Assembly: GCA_963801165.1 (NCBI GenBank)
Contig: CAWDDT010000005.1
Coordinates: 128,001-192,000 of the forward strand
Source of the DNA: an uncultured bacterium
GTDB taxonomy: Bacteria > Actinomycetota > Acidimicrobiia > Spongiisociales > UBA5794
Direction: 5' to 3'
DNA: 64,000 nucleotides
Shown here: positions 1 to 8,764 of the stretch, in pieces
Position numbering within the stretch: position 1 is the first letter of the stretch
Layout of the letters: each line of letters opens with the position of its first letter
The notes under the pieces: generated by a model
What the model saw: only the letters and a program-made list of their open reading frames with translations
Database searches by the model: none
What the model was told of the DNA's origin: nothing
Program-made: the position numbers and the translations under genes

Positions 1-123
1 GAGCTGAGGGCAGCTCTAGCGCATGGCGAGCTGCCACTCGACAGTTGCCCCAATCCGCTGCTCCGCACCGGCGAGTACCGCGGTCCCGAGCTCACCCCCG
101 CCATGGAGAGGAGCGCCCGATGA
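1..123 (+). CDS. 3' end of an upstream gene (partial, product unknown)
   Basis: Frame 1 is open from base 1 (ELRAALAHGELPLDSCPNPLLRTGEYRGPEL...). Its TGA at 121-123 overlaps the sulfatase ATG (ATGA coupling). Confidence 0.5.
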   Translation, partial: ELRAALAHGELPLDSCPNPLLRTGEYRGPELTPAMERSAR

Positions 124-1886
124 GAGCGATCATCCTGATGTACGACAGCCTCAACCGGCACATGTTGCCGCCGTACGGCGACACTTTCGTGCAGACTCCC
201 AACTTCGAGCGTCTCGCCGAGCGCACCGTGATGTTCGACAACTACTACGCCGGTTCGATGCCGTGCATGCCTGCCCGCAGGGAGATGCATACCGGCCGGT
301 ACAACTTCCTCCACCGCAGCTGGGGACCCCTCGAGCCATTCGACGACTCGGTCTTCGAGATGCTGAAGAACGCCGGAATCCACACGCACCTGGCTTCCGA
401 CCACCCCCACTACTGGGAGGACGGCGGGGCCACCTACCACACCCGCTATTCGACGTGGGAGTTCTTCCGCGGCCAGGAGGGTGATCCGTGGAAGGGTGTC
501 GTTGATGCACCCCCCGACGAGATCGGCGGGATGTTCGGTCGGATGCGACGACAGGATGCGGTGAACCGCTCGTACATGCCTACCGAGATGGACCATAACC
601 AGACGCAGACCGTCGATGCCGGCATCCACTTCCTCGAGACCAACGTCGGCGCCGACAACTGGCTTCTCCAGCTCGAGCTGTTCGACCCGCATGAGCCTTT
701 CTTCGTGCACGAGGACTACAAGAAGCTCTACGCCGACGACTACGAGGGACCCGAGTTCGACTGGCCCCCGTACAGCAAAGTCACCGAGGGGGCGGACAAG
801 GCCAAGCACGCCCGCAACGCCTACGCAGCCCTGGTGACGATGTGCGACCACTCGCTGGGCAGGGTGCTCGACTTCATGGACGGCCACGACATGTGGGACG
901 ACACCATGCTGATCGTCAACACCGATCACGGCTACCTGCTCGGTGAGCACGGGTGGTGGGCCAAGGGTGTGATGCCCTGGTACAACGAGCTGGTCCATCT
1001 CCCCTTCTTCATCTGGGACCCCCGCACCAGGGGGCGGGAGGCTCACTCGACTGTGTTGGCTCAGACCATCGACCTGGCACCAACACTTCTCCGCTATTTC
1101 GGTGTCGAGCCGACCGCCGACATGCAGGGACACGACCTGGCAGAGGCCTTGAACGACGGCGTGCTCCCGCGTGAAGGTGGCCTCTTCGGCTTGCACGGCG
1201 CGCATGTGAACGTCACCGACGGACGGTGGGTCTACATGCGGGCCGCCGACAATCCGGAGAACGCTCCGCTCGAAGAATTCACGCTCATGCCGACACACAT
1301 GCGTTCCCGCTTCCGCCCATCCGAACTCGCCGGGTGGGAGCCCGCCGAACCATTCTCCTTCACCAAGGGCGTGCGCACGATGAGGGTGCCGGCGGGTTCG
1401 CCGTTCATCAATCCATGGCAGCACGGGACTCTTCTCTTCGATCTGGAGAACGACCCGGAACAGAACCACCCGGTCATCAACGACGAAGTCGAGCTTCGCA
1501 TGCTCGGTCTTCTCGTCGATCTCATGCGCGCCACCGACGCCCCGCAGAGCCAGTTCGACCGCCTCGGGCTCCCCGCCACAGGGGCGCCGACCGAGGCTCA
1601 CTTGCGTGTCGCCACCGACGCCGGGCGGGCAGCCGAAACCGCCGAACCGGTGCCACCGGTCGAAGGCCTGACGGCGGCACCGATCCTGCAGATGCCGTTG
1701 GCGGTGGCGATCGAGGACCCGGTGTCCGGCCCGATCCTCAGGGAGTACGTTGCCGATCTGGTCTCGAGCGAGTTTCTCACGATCGCACCAAACGTCAGCG
1801 TGCTCGACCTCGTGGCGAGAGCACAGCTCCCGGTGGCGACACTGCGGGAGATTGATGCCCGGCTCGCCCGCTCCCGCCGTCGGTGA
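120..1886 (+). CDS. Cys-type (formylglycine-dependent) sulfatase
   Basis: N-terminal 'IILMYDSL', signature CxPxR in 'SMPCMPARREMHTGRY', 'DPHEPF', 'NTDHG' and 'LFDLENDPEQ'. Start placed at ATG 120, after GGAGAGGAG. Confidence 0.93.
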   Translation: MRAIILMYDSLNRHMLPPYGDTFVQTPNFERLAERTVMFDNYYAGSMPCMPARREMHTGRYNFLHRSWGPLEPFDDSVFEMLKNAGIHTHLASDHPHYWEDGGATYHTRYSTWEFFRGQEGDPWKGVVDAPPDEIGGMFGRMRRQDAVNRSYMPTEMDHNQTQTVDAGIHFLETNVGADNWLLQLELFDPHEPFFVHEDYKKLYADDYEGPEFDWPPYSKVTEGADKAKHARNAYAALVTMCDHSLGRVLDFMDGHDMWDDTMLIVNTDHGYLLGEHGWWAKGVMPWYNELVHLPFFIWDPRTRGREAHSTVLAQTIDLAPTLLRYFGVEPTADMQGHDLAEALNDGVLPREGGLFGLHGAHVNVTDGRWVYMRAADNPENAPLEEFTLMPTHMRSRFRPSELAGWEPAEPFSFTKGVRTMRVPAGSPFINPWQHGTLLFDLENDPEQNHPVINDEVELRMLGLLVDLMRATDAPQSQFDRLGLPATGAPTEAHLRVATDAGRAAETAEPVPPVEGLTAAPILQMPLAVAIEDPVSGPILREYVADLVSSEFLTIAPNVSVLDLVARAQLPVATLREIDARLARSRRR

Positions 1887-1986
1887 CTTATTGCCGCACC
1901 CCGGACGGCGCAGGTTCATCGTCACCACCGGTGACCGGACGGCGATACCCTCACCGCATCGAACGAGGGCGGATCGGGAGTTGTGA

Positions 1987-3396
1987 ATGACAACCGAAGC
2001 GAGCAAGAGCAGCGCCGTGGCCGCATCGGACCTCAAGGTGTGGTCTCCGGAGTTCGTCCATGTGCTGGCGAAGCCGACCGGTGCGATCTGCAATCTGGGT
2101 TGTAGCTATTGCTATTACCTGGACAAGGAGGCGATGTATCCGGGCGACCGGTTTCGCATGTCGGACGAGGTCGCCGAGGAATACGTCCGGCAGACGATTG
2201 GGATGCACCGCACCCCCGAGGTGTCGATCTCGTGGCAGGGTGGCGAGCCCACGCTCATGGGAGTGGGCTTCTTCGAGAAGGTGATGGCGCTCGAAGAGAA
2301 ATACCATCGGCCGGGGCAGAAGATCCTCAACACGATCCAGACCAACGGCACGCTACTGACCGATGAATGGGCTGCGTTCCTCGCCGAGCATGACTTCCTC
2401 GTCGGGATCAGCATCGACGGGCCGCAGCCACTCCACGACGCCTACCGGGTGGACAAGCGGGGTGGCGGCTCGTTCGAGAAGGTGATGCGCGGGCTGCGGT
2501 TGCTGCAGAAACACGGGGTGGACTTCAATATCCTCACTACCGTCAACCGTATCAACGCCGACTATCCGCTCGACGTCTACCGGTTCCTGCGGGACGAGGC
2601 AGGCGCCGACTGGATCCAGTTCATCCCGATCGTTGAGCGGGTCGATGAATCGGGACGCCCGGCGGACATGACGGGCACATTGGTTTCCGATCGGTCGGTG
2701 CGTGCCGGACAGTTCGGCGAGTTCCTCGCCACAGTCTTCGACGAATGGGTTCGCAACGATGTCGGCAAAGTCTTCGTGCAGACCTTCGAAGCGGCGGTCG
2801 CCAACTGGGCGGGGATGCCATCGTCGGGCCTCTGCGTGTTTGACGAGACCTGTGGCCGCGGCGTCGCTCTCGAGCACAACGGTGATCTCTATTCCTGTGA
2901 TCACTATGTAGACCCCGACTTCCGTCTCGGCAACATCACCGAGACCCCGATCGGCGATCTCGTCTCGTCCGAGAGACAGCATCGGTTCGGGATGGACAAG
3001 CGCGACTCTTTGCCTGCGTTCTGCCGCAGCTGCGACGTCCGGTTCGCCTGTCACGGTGAATGCCCGAAGAACCGGTTCATCACAACACCAGACGGCGAGC
3101 CCGGTCTCAACTACCTGTGCGCCGGCTACAAGAGGTTCTTCCATCACATCGACCGGCCGCTACGGCTCATGATCGACGTCCTCCGATCCGGTCGGCTCGC
3201 CGCATCCGTGATGGATGTCCTGACAGCCGAAGACGCCGCCTTCGAGAAGGCCCTCCGCCAAACCGGTAGGAACGACCCATGTCCCTGTGGCAGCGGTCGG
3301 AAGACAAAACAATGCCACGGTGCGCCGCCCGACGCCACCACCAAGCCGATATCGATCCAACCGGCGCCGCCCCGCCCCCCGATCAGATCGGCGTAG
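1987..3396 (+). CDS. Anaerobic sulfatase maturase (radical SAM/SPASM) with C-terminal SEC-C motif
   Basis: '[17 protein letters not shown]' (CxxxCxxC), 'WQGGEPTL', SPASM cysteines ('YSCDHYV', '[18 protein letters not shown]', 'NYLCAG') and '[18 protein letters not shown]'. Directly downstream of a sulfatase. Confidence 0.95.
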   Translation: MTTEASKSSAVAASDLKVWSPEFVHVLAKPTGAICNLGCSYCYYLDKEAMYPGDRFRMSDEVAEEYVRQTIGMHRTPEVSISWQGGEPTLMGVGFFEKVMALEEKYHRPGQKILNTIQTNGTLLTDEWAAFLAEHDFLVGISIDGPQPLHDAYRVDKRGGGSFEKVMRGLRLLQKHGVDFNILTTVNRINADYPLDVYRFLRDEAGADWIQFIPIVERVDESGRPADMTGTLVSDRSVRAGQFGEFLATVFDEWVRNDVGKVFVQTFEAAVANWAGMPSSGLCVFDETCGRGVALEHNGDLYSCDHYVDPDFRLGNITETPIGDLVSSERQHRFGMDKRDSLPAFCRSCDVRFACHGECPKNRFITTPDGEPGLNYLCAGYKRFFHHIDRPLRLMIDVLRSGRLAASVMDVLTAEDAAFEKALRQTGRNDPCPCGSGRKTKQCHGAPPDATTKPISIQPAPPRPPIRSA

Positions 3397-3906
3397 AGGC
3401 CTGTATGCCCACCAGGAGTTGTTCGGTCACGCCGAACACAAGGTTCCTGCGTCCCGGGGTTCGCTCGGAGAGGGAGCGCCAAACCTGTGGGCGGAATCCA
3501 TCTGTTGTCATCCGTTGCCGGAGAGGCTGCCAAGTTGTTGGCTGAGCTCGTCGCTGTAGAGATAATCCTCAGCCGGGCAAGGCGTTTTCCGAAAGACGCA
3601 CTGGCTCGACCGCCGACTTGTTCTTCGCGGGGTTTGGGGTGAACAACAGCGCGTTCTACGAGGACACAGAAGCCCGGGTATGAATCTTTGAGGGTGTCGT
3701 AGTCGCGCTGCGGGCGCACGCGACTCAAGCGGCTTTGGACGACCTAATCGCCCTCGCATCCGGACGAAGCGCGTCGATGGTGTGTTTGTCCCGGGCCAGC
3801 AACCGGCTAGGAGGGTGGTGATCAATCGCGGTGAAGGCTCGCAGTGCCCGAGAAATCATCGTCTTCGAGACATGCCATCGAGCCTGAACTCGAATTCAGC
3901 ACACTC

Positions 3907-5310
3907 CTAAGCGCGGAACACCTTGGCGAGGACTTCGCGGACCTGGGGGGTGAATTGCTCCTCGATCTGTGATGCGGCGACATCAGCCTCGGCGGCGACG
4001 CTCGCCAGCTCTTCCTCGATCCGCCGGAGACGGGCGTAGAACTCTTCAGGGGGGATGCGCAGGAACCAGGGGCGCAGGTCGACGAGGACGAGCCGGCACC
4101 ACCACGGGAGCCTCGTATACTCCGCGCCCAAGGCGATCGCGCCACCCGCCGCCGAGCTCTGGGTGAAGTTGGGCGTGTCCCTCGCGTCCTTCACCATATC
4201 GGCGTAGCTGAACGCCTCGGACGCGGCGATCTCGCCGTTGTGGTCGGTGTCGGGATCGAGCGAGAGCGCGCCGCCGAAGCAGTCGTGCCCGGCCTGTGCG
4301 GCGACCCAGTCCCGGGCGAACGGGTCCCAGTTCCCGTCAGCCGTGACGTAGGAGTTGTTCGGCTCGGTGGCCGCCGAGGCGACGCTCGTGGCGTCGGCGG
4401 GACTTTGGTCGATGATCGGTTGGTTGAACCCTCCCGCGTGGCATTGCTCCATCATCACGATCAGCTTGCGGAACTCTGGTAGCTCGCCCAGCTTGGCCGC
4501 GAAGTCGTTGGCGTAGTAGCCGTCCCAGTTCGGATATGTGCAGAGGTTCGCGGTACCCGCCGTACCGTCCCACCCGCCGTGGTTGTTGGTGTGGATGAGC
4601 AACAGATCGTCGCGCTCGATTCTGCCCTTCAGGGTGTCAACGACTCCGTCGAGGGCTGCACGCGTTCCCGAACCGTTGATCTGGATCCGGTAGTTGGTGT
4701 TGTCGCCGGGCCACTGGCTCTGGACCCCGTCCTGGGTGTTGAGGGTTCCGTCGTAGCTAAGCGAGTAGATGTTCCCGGGCTCGAAACCGTAGGTGTCGAC
4801 CAGCGTCCGGTAGAGGAACTCCATGTCGTTGAGATGGCGCTTGTTCGTCATCCCTGCGTACAGCACGGCGTAGCGAGTGCCGACCGTCCTCCTTATGCAC
4901 GGGAAGATTGGTTGGGGGCGGAAGACCAGATCGTCGACGTAGCGAACCGGCTGGTGGAACGCGCTGAGCGTCTCGGGCGGTGCCTTCACCCAGGGCGGAA
5001 ACACGGCGGGCACGACGCGGTCGAGCTCACCGGTCTTGGCGTCGTGGAGTAGGTAACGGCAGTCATGGGCGAAGTTGGCCATGGGATCGTCGTCGGCGAA
5101 GACCAGCACGCTGGCGCGGGTCGCCCTGATGTTCTGCCGGCGCGGCCCGATCAACGTCCCTCGCCGGATGATCCTCTCATCGAGATGGAGGTTGGTGGTG
5201 GCCCGTTGGTGGTGGGCGAGAGCCGCAAACGCCTGTTCTCGAACGTTGGCCCACAGCTCGCTCCGGTCGATGCGGGCCCTGGTGTTTCTCCTGGGTGGGT
5301 TCTCCGGCAT
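3907..5310 (-). CDS. Clan CD cysteine peptidase (C13 legumain-like / caspase-hemoglobinase fold) with N-terminal accessory domain
   Basis: 'RYAVLYAG...RHLNDMEFLYRTL...YGF...NI', catalytic His in 'LLIHTNNHGG', catalytic Cys in 'IVMMEQCHAGGF', and 'DTDHNGEIAASEA'. ATG at 5310 follows the SD AGGAGGGAG. Confidence 0.8.
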   Translation of the reverse strand: MPENPPRRNTRARIDRSELWANVREQAFAALAHHQRATTNLHLDERIIRRGTLIGPRRQNIRATRASVLVFADDDPMANFAHDCRYLLHDAKTGELDRVVPAVFPPWVKAPPETLSAFHQPVRYVDDLVFRPQPIFPCIRRTVGTRYAVLYAGMTNKRHLNDMEFLYRTLVDTYGFEPGNIYSLSYDGTLNTQDGVQSQWPGDNTNYRIQINGSGTRAALDGVVDTLKGRIERDDLLLIHTNNHGGWDGTAGTANLCTYPNWDGYYANDFAAKLGELPEFRKLIVMMEQCHAGGFNQPIIDQSPADATSVASAATEPNNSYVTADGNWDPFARDWVAAQAGHDCFGGALSLDPDTDHNGEIAASEAFSYADMVKDARDTPNFTQSSAAGGAIALGAEYTRLPWWCRLVLVDLRPWFLRIPPEEFYARLRRIEEELASVAAEADVAASQIEEQFTPQVREVLAKVFRA

Positions 5311-5321
5311 GTTTCTCCCTC

Positions 5322-5687
5322 CTAGATCTCGGCGGCGGCAAGCACCGCGTCTGGAACCGACGGGGCCCGGTAGAGCACCCGCCATTCATACGGATCCGCG
5401 TCGCCCGCTCGGCGGAACGGCGGCAGGTGCGCATCCACCGTCCTCACTTCGCCGGACGCACGGCTCACGAGGACGAACAGCGCCGGATGGCTCCAGTTCG
5501 CCATCGGATCGAGGTCAACGAACGCCATCAGTGCGTCCCATGGGCTCGTGAATGCCATTTGGGGAAACTCGAGCATCGAGCCCGAGGCGACCGGTGTCAG
5601 TGCCACATAGACAGCGCAGTTGCACAAAGTCTCCGGGGAGAGCACGGCCATCACGGCTGCTCTGAGGTCTTCATCCGTGAGCGACAT
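5322..5687 (-). CDS. Small protein homologous to the N-terminal domain of the downstream peptidase
   Basis: 'AFVDLDPMANWSHPALFVLVSRASGEVRTVDAHLPPF' aligns with the peptidase segment 'VFADDDPMANFAHDCRYLLHDAKTGELDRVVPAVFPPW'. Its stop lies 11 nt before the peptidase start. Confidence 0.8.
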   Translation of the reverse strand: MSLTDEDLRAAVMAVLSPETLCNCAVYVALTPVASGSMLEFPQMAFTSPWDALMAFVDLDPMANWSHPALFVLVSRASGEVRTVDAHLPPFRRAGDADPYEWRVLYRAPSVPDAVLAAAEI

Positions 5688-6199
5688 TGATAACACCCAC
5701 CCCGGGGAGCGTCGTAGGTCTTGGTCCACCGAGCCCGTGCAGCCAGGCATCGGTATCCCGTACGCACGCCGTGAGAATGGTCATCCCTAGAGGCCCCTCC
5801 TGATGGCGGTGGTGCCGTATTCGGGCACCGAACGACGAGTGAACCGTACGTCGGAGACCAGCTCCGTGTCAACAGAAGGTGAGCCTTCAATCCTGTTTCG
5901 GATCACGTCGGCGCGGAGGTTCATCGCCGGTCCCGCGGCGGATCGCCCAGCAGTTTCACCTCGCGCTCTAGGTCACCGAAGAGCCGCATGTCGGCCGTCT
6001 TGACAGCTTTCGCCTGCACATGCTGTCAGGGAAGACGCTTCAAACAAGCGGTCGGGTCGATGTTTGCTCCCGGGGAGATCGGTGACAGATCGTTCCGGAC
6101 ACATGTGTGACAGTGTTCCGGGGAGATGTGTGACATCACCGAGCCCACCAGCCGGGTCACAAACGCTACGGAACTACCACAACATCTGCCACCAGTATC

Positions 6200-6345
6200 A
6201 ATCAGGCACGTCTCTTCTCGGGTAGTCGAACACCGACTGTGGCTGGCGGCGGCCATTCCTCGACCGGTCGAGAGCGGGCCTCTCCGCCTCGGTGCGTCGT
6301 AGGGCTCGGTGTTGTCAAGGTCAGCCGAGGGCTCGCATCCCGGAC
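6200..6345 (-). mobile_element. Putative IS110-family left-end non-coding remnant (bridge/seek-RNA-like), no transposase
   Basis: The minus strand reads GATGCGAGCC..GACCTTGA..CGAGCCCTA..GAGGCGGAGAGGCCCGC..GGAATGG..CGACTACCCGAGAAGAGACGTGCC. From memory, this motif order resembles the 5' non-coding ends of actinobacterial IS110 elements. Hairpins are present. Not verified by search. Confidence 0.5.
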
Positions 6346-6440
6346 GGTCGTGCCGCGCCCCTGCGCAGGATCTCCCACCGACAGTCTCAGCAGAGCAGGA
6401 GCCCAAACGGCGTTCTCGCGGCAACTCACCTTGCCGGTGG

Positions 6441-7952
6441 CTACTCCTGGCCGGCCAGCTCCGCCTCGAGCAGGTATGGAACGTCCTGGACCTGACTCGC
6501 CGAATCGAACACCATCGCCGGTCCGGTGCTCCCAGCAGCCCGGACCCATCCGGGGTCACCGCTGTCGATGAAACGAACCCACGCTCGGTGCATGGTATCG
6601 GCAAGCTCCTGCGGAGGTTCGGCTCCGAGAACCTTCCGGACCCCCTCCGCGTCCAGGAGATCCCACACGAAAGGCAGCTCAGAGCAATGGAACGCCAAAC
6701 CCATGACCGGCGACACCCAGCGGAAGTCATAGAGCCACGTGCCGGCCGCGGTCGGGTCGGTGCGGGCCGCCACGACATCGAGCAGGGGGATGCGGAACAT
6801 CCGCTCGCTTATCAGCTGGCCGAGCACCTGCCCGCCATCGAACCCAGGGAACTGCCCCCGGAACACCCCGGCGGTCTCGGCATCGAGACCGGCTGCGGTC
6901 AGCAGGGACACAGCATCATGCCCCGACAACGAGTCGCGTAACCCATCCATCACCATGGTGAACTCGTGGGCATTGGCACCAAGCAGCAGAGGTTTGTCGC
7001 TGCCGACGCCTTCCGAGATCATCACCGGTGCACCTCGCGGAATCAGCGTGTCGTCGACATGGGGCACAAACGGCAGATTGTCGCCCGGCTCTCCGCCCGC
7101 CATCGCCCGCACCAGGGCGACCGCCCGATTGTCGGCGGACCCCTCCACGTCGGGATGGGCATATAGCTCGGCCTGACCGTCGAGGATCTGGTCCTCCGAC
7201 AGCGTCGACCAACCGGCTCTCGTTGCGGCGACCCCCATCCTTGTGGCAAAGCGCATTCCCAGCTCCCGTGCCGCCGCGAGGGGGCGATGCCGAATCACTC
7301 CGGACTCGGCGATCGCATGGGCGAACAACCGCTGCGAAGACGGCGTCGTCAGCAGGGTCAGCACCGCACTTCCCCCTGCCGACTGACCGGCAATGGTGAC
7401 CCGAGCCGGATCACCGCCGAAGGCTTCGATGTTCTCCTGCACCCATTGGAGAGCGGCAATCTGATCCAGAACCCCGCGGTTCGCCGGAGCATCCTCGATC
7501 CATCCAAAACCATCAAACCCGAGACGGTACGAGACCGAGACGGTGACCACTCCGTCGCGGTTGAATGACACGCCGTCATACCACGGGCTGGCCGGCGACC
7601 CGGCAAAGAACCCGCCCCCATGAATCCACACCAGGACCGGAAGACGGGCATCGCTGTCGGCCGGAGCGGGTGTGAAGACATTGACGTTCAGTGTCGAGTC
7701 ACCGGCAATCGAAGGCTCCGGGATCGTTGCCACCGGCCCAAACGGTCTGCGCTGCGGGGTTGATCCATACTCGCCGGCGTCGCGGATATCCGTCCACGGA
7801 GGGTGAGGGTGGGGGGCATCGAATCGGCGGTCGCCGACCGGAGGCGCCGCAAACGGAACACCGAGAAAAGCGGCGGAGCCCGATCTCCAGACGCCACGCA
7901 CCCGGCCGGTGCGGGTCGAAACTACGGGACGGGCCTCGGCAACATTGGTCAT
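6441..7952 (-). CDS. Carboxylesterase type B (para-nitrobenzyl esterase-like)
   Basis: 'FLGVPFAAPPVGDRRF', oxyanion motif 'WIHGGGF', nucleophile 'GQSAG' and 'AFHCSELPFVW'. Confidence 0.93.
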   Translation of the reverse strand: MTNVAEARPVVSTRTGRVRGVWRSGSAAFLGVPFAAPPVGDRRFDAPHPHPPWTDIRDAGEYGSTPQRRPFGPVATIPEPSIAGDSTLNVNVFTPAPADSDARLPVLVWIHGGGFFAGSPASPWYDGVSFNRDGVVTVSVSYRLGFDGFGWIEDAPANRGVLDQIAALQWVQENIEAFGGDPARVTIAGQSAGGSAVLTLLTTPSSQRLFAHAIAESGVIRHRPLAAARELGMRFATRMGVAATRAGWSTLSEDQILDGQAELYAHPDVEGSADNRAVALVRAMAGGEPGDNLPFVPHVDDTLIPRGAPVMISEGVGSDKPLLLGANAHEFTMVMDGLRDSLSGHDAVSLLTAAGLDAETAGVFRGQFPGFDGGQVLGQLISERMFRIPLLDVVAARTDPTAAGTWLYDFRWVSPVMGLAFHCSELPFVWDLLDAEGVRKVLGAEPPQELADTMHRAWVRFIDSGDPGWVRAAGSTGPAMVFDSASQVQDVPYLLEAELAGQE

Positions 7953-7991
7953 TGTTCAGGGCTCCTTGACTGAGATATCCACAACACGCTC

Positions 7992-8318
7992 CTAGCGGGC
8001 GAGCCAAATGAAAGCGGCAACCAGCGTGACCGTGGCCCCGCCTGCGGTGATGACAACTAGAGCGAGATTGAGCCTGCCATCGGGCAACTCACCCTCGCCA
8101 TGACGCAGGAACGCCAGCGTCCTGCGTGATCGCCTGGCGGCGAGCAACCCACATGCCAACCCGGCGACCGTGCCCACTCCCGCCAGGACCGCTCCCCCGC
8201 TTCCCAGCACGCTGGGAAGAAGACGCAGACCCACCAATCCGCCGACGACGATCGAGAGGGCAGTTCTCCTCCAAGCGAGATCGGTCCGTTCCGGCTGCAG
8301 CCCGGGGTCGTACATCAT
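7992..8318 (-). CDS. DUF202 membrane protein (YidG-like)
   Basis: 'DPGLQPERTDLAWRRTALS' followed by three TM segments; start overlaps the upstream stop. Confidence 0.88.
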   Translation of the reverse strand: MMYDPGLQPERTDLAWRRTALSIVVGGLVGLRLLPSVLGSGGAVLAGVGTVAGLACGLLAARRSRRTLAFLRHGEGELPDGRLNLALVVITAGGATVTLVAAFIWLAR

Positions 8319-8761
8319 GGCTTGAAGTCCACAATGACACCCAAAAGCACCAGTCCGGCGAAGACCCCAACTGATATCACCAGCGGCAACGTAAGACGAG
8401 GCGACGGCAGCGGATCGTCACAGCGCATCGCGGCCTCCACCGACGCCCAATGCCCCCAGGCGAACACCGGAGTGGCTACTCCGAGCAAGAGCAGCAGCGT
8501 TGCACCGCCCAAACGCAGTACCGGAGGACCCGGGAGCTCGAGAGCAGCAACCGCTACACCTCCAGCGACGAATGCGAGGCCGGTGCGGATCCACGCCAGA
8601 AACGTTCGCTCGTTCGCAAGGCTGAATCTCGGATCCGGCTCAACACCCTGGCGATAGACCCGGGCAGGGAAGCGCCGCGCCGGCACCCCACCGAGACGCC
8701 GTGGCAGCTCCGGTATTGCGGCACCCTCACCGCTTCCCAATGGTCCTTCGTAATCCGCCAC
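8315..8761 (-). CDS. DUF202 membrane protein (YidH-like)
   Basis: 'EPDPRFSLANERTFLAWIRTGLA' followed by three TM segments. Confidence 0.9.
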   Translation of the reverse strand: MADYEGPLGSGEGAAIPELPRRLGGVPARRFPARVYRQGVEPDPRFSLANERTFLAWIRTGLAFVAGGVAVAALELPGPPVLRLGGATLLLLLGVATPVFAWGHWASVEAAMRCDDPLPSPRLTLPLVISVGVFAGLVLLGVIVDFKP

Positions 8762-8764
8762 TCG

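Noticed and set aside
3400-3900. 500-bp gap between the maturase and protease genes; short ORFs 3144-3728 and 3508-3825
   Set aside because: No recognisable domain, RNA motif or terminal repeat. It may be decayed sequence, but I cannot support a call.
6026-6778. 250-aa minus ORF as a possible transposase next to the IS110-like stretch
   Set aside because: No DEDD/GLDVH or other transposase motif, and it largely overlaps the esterase in another frame.
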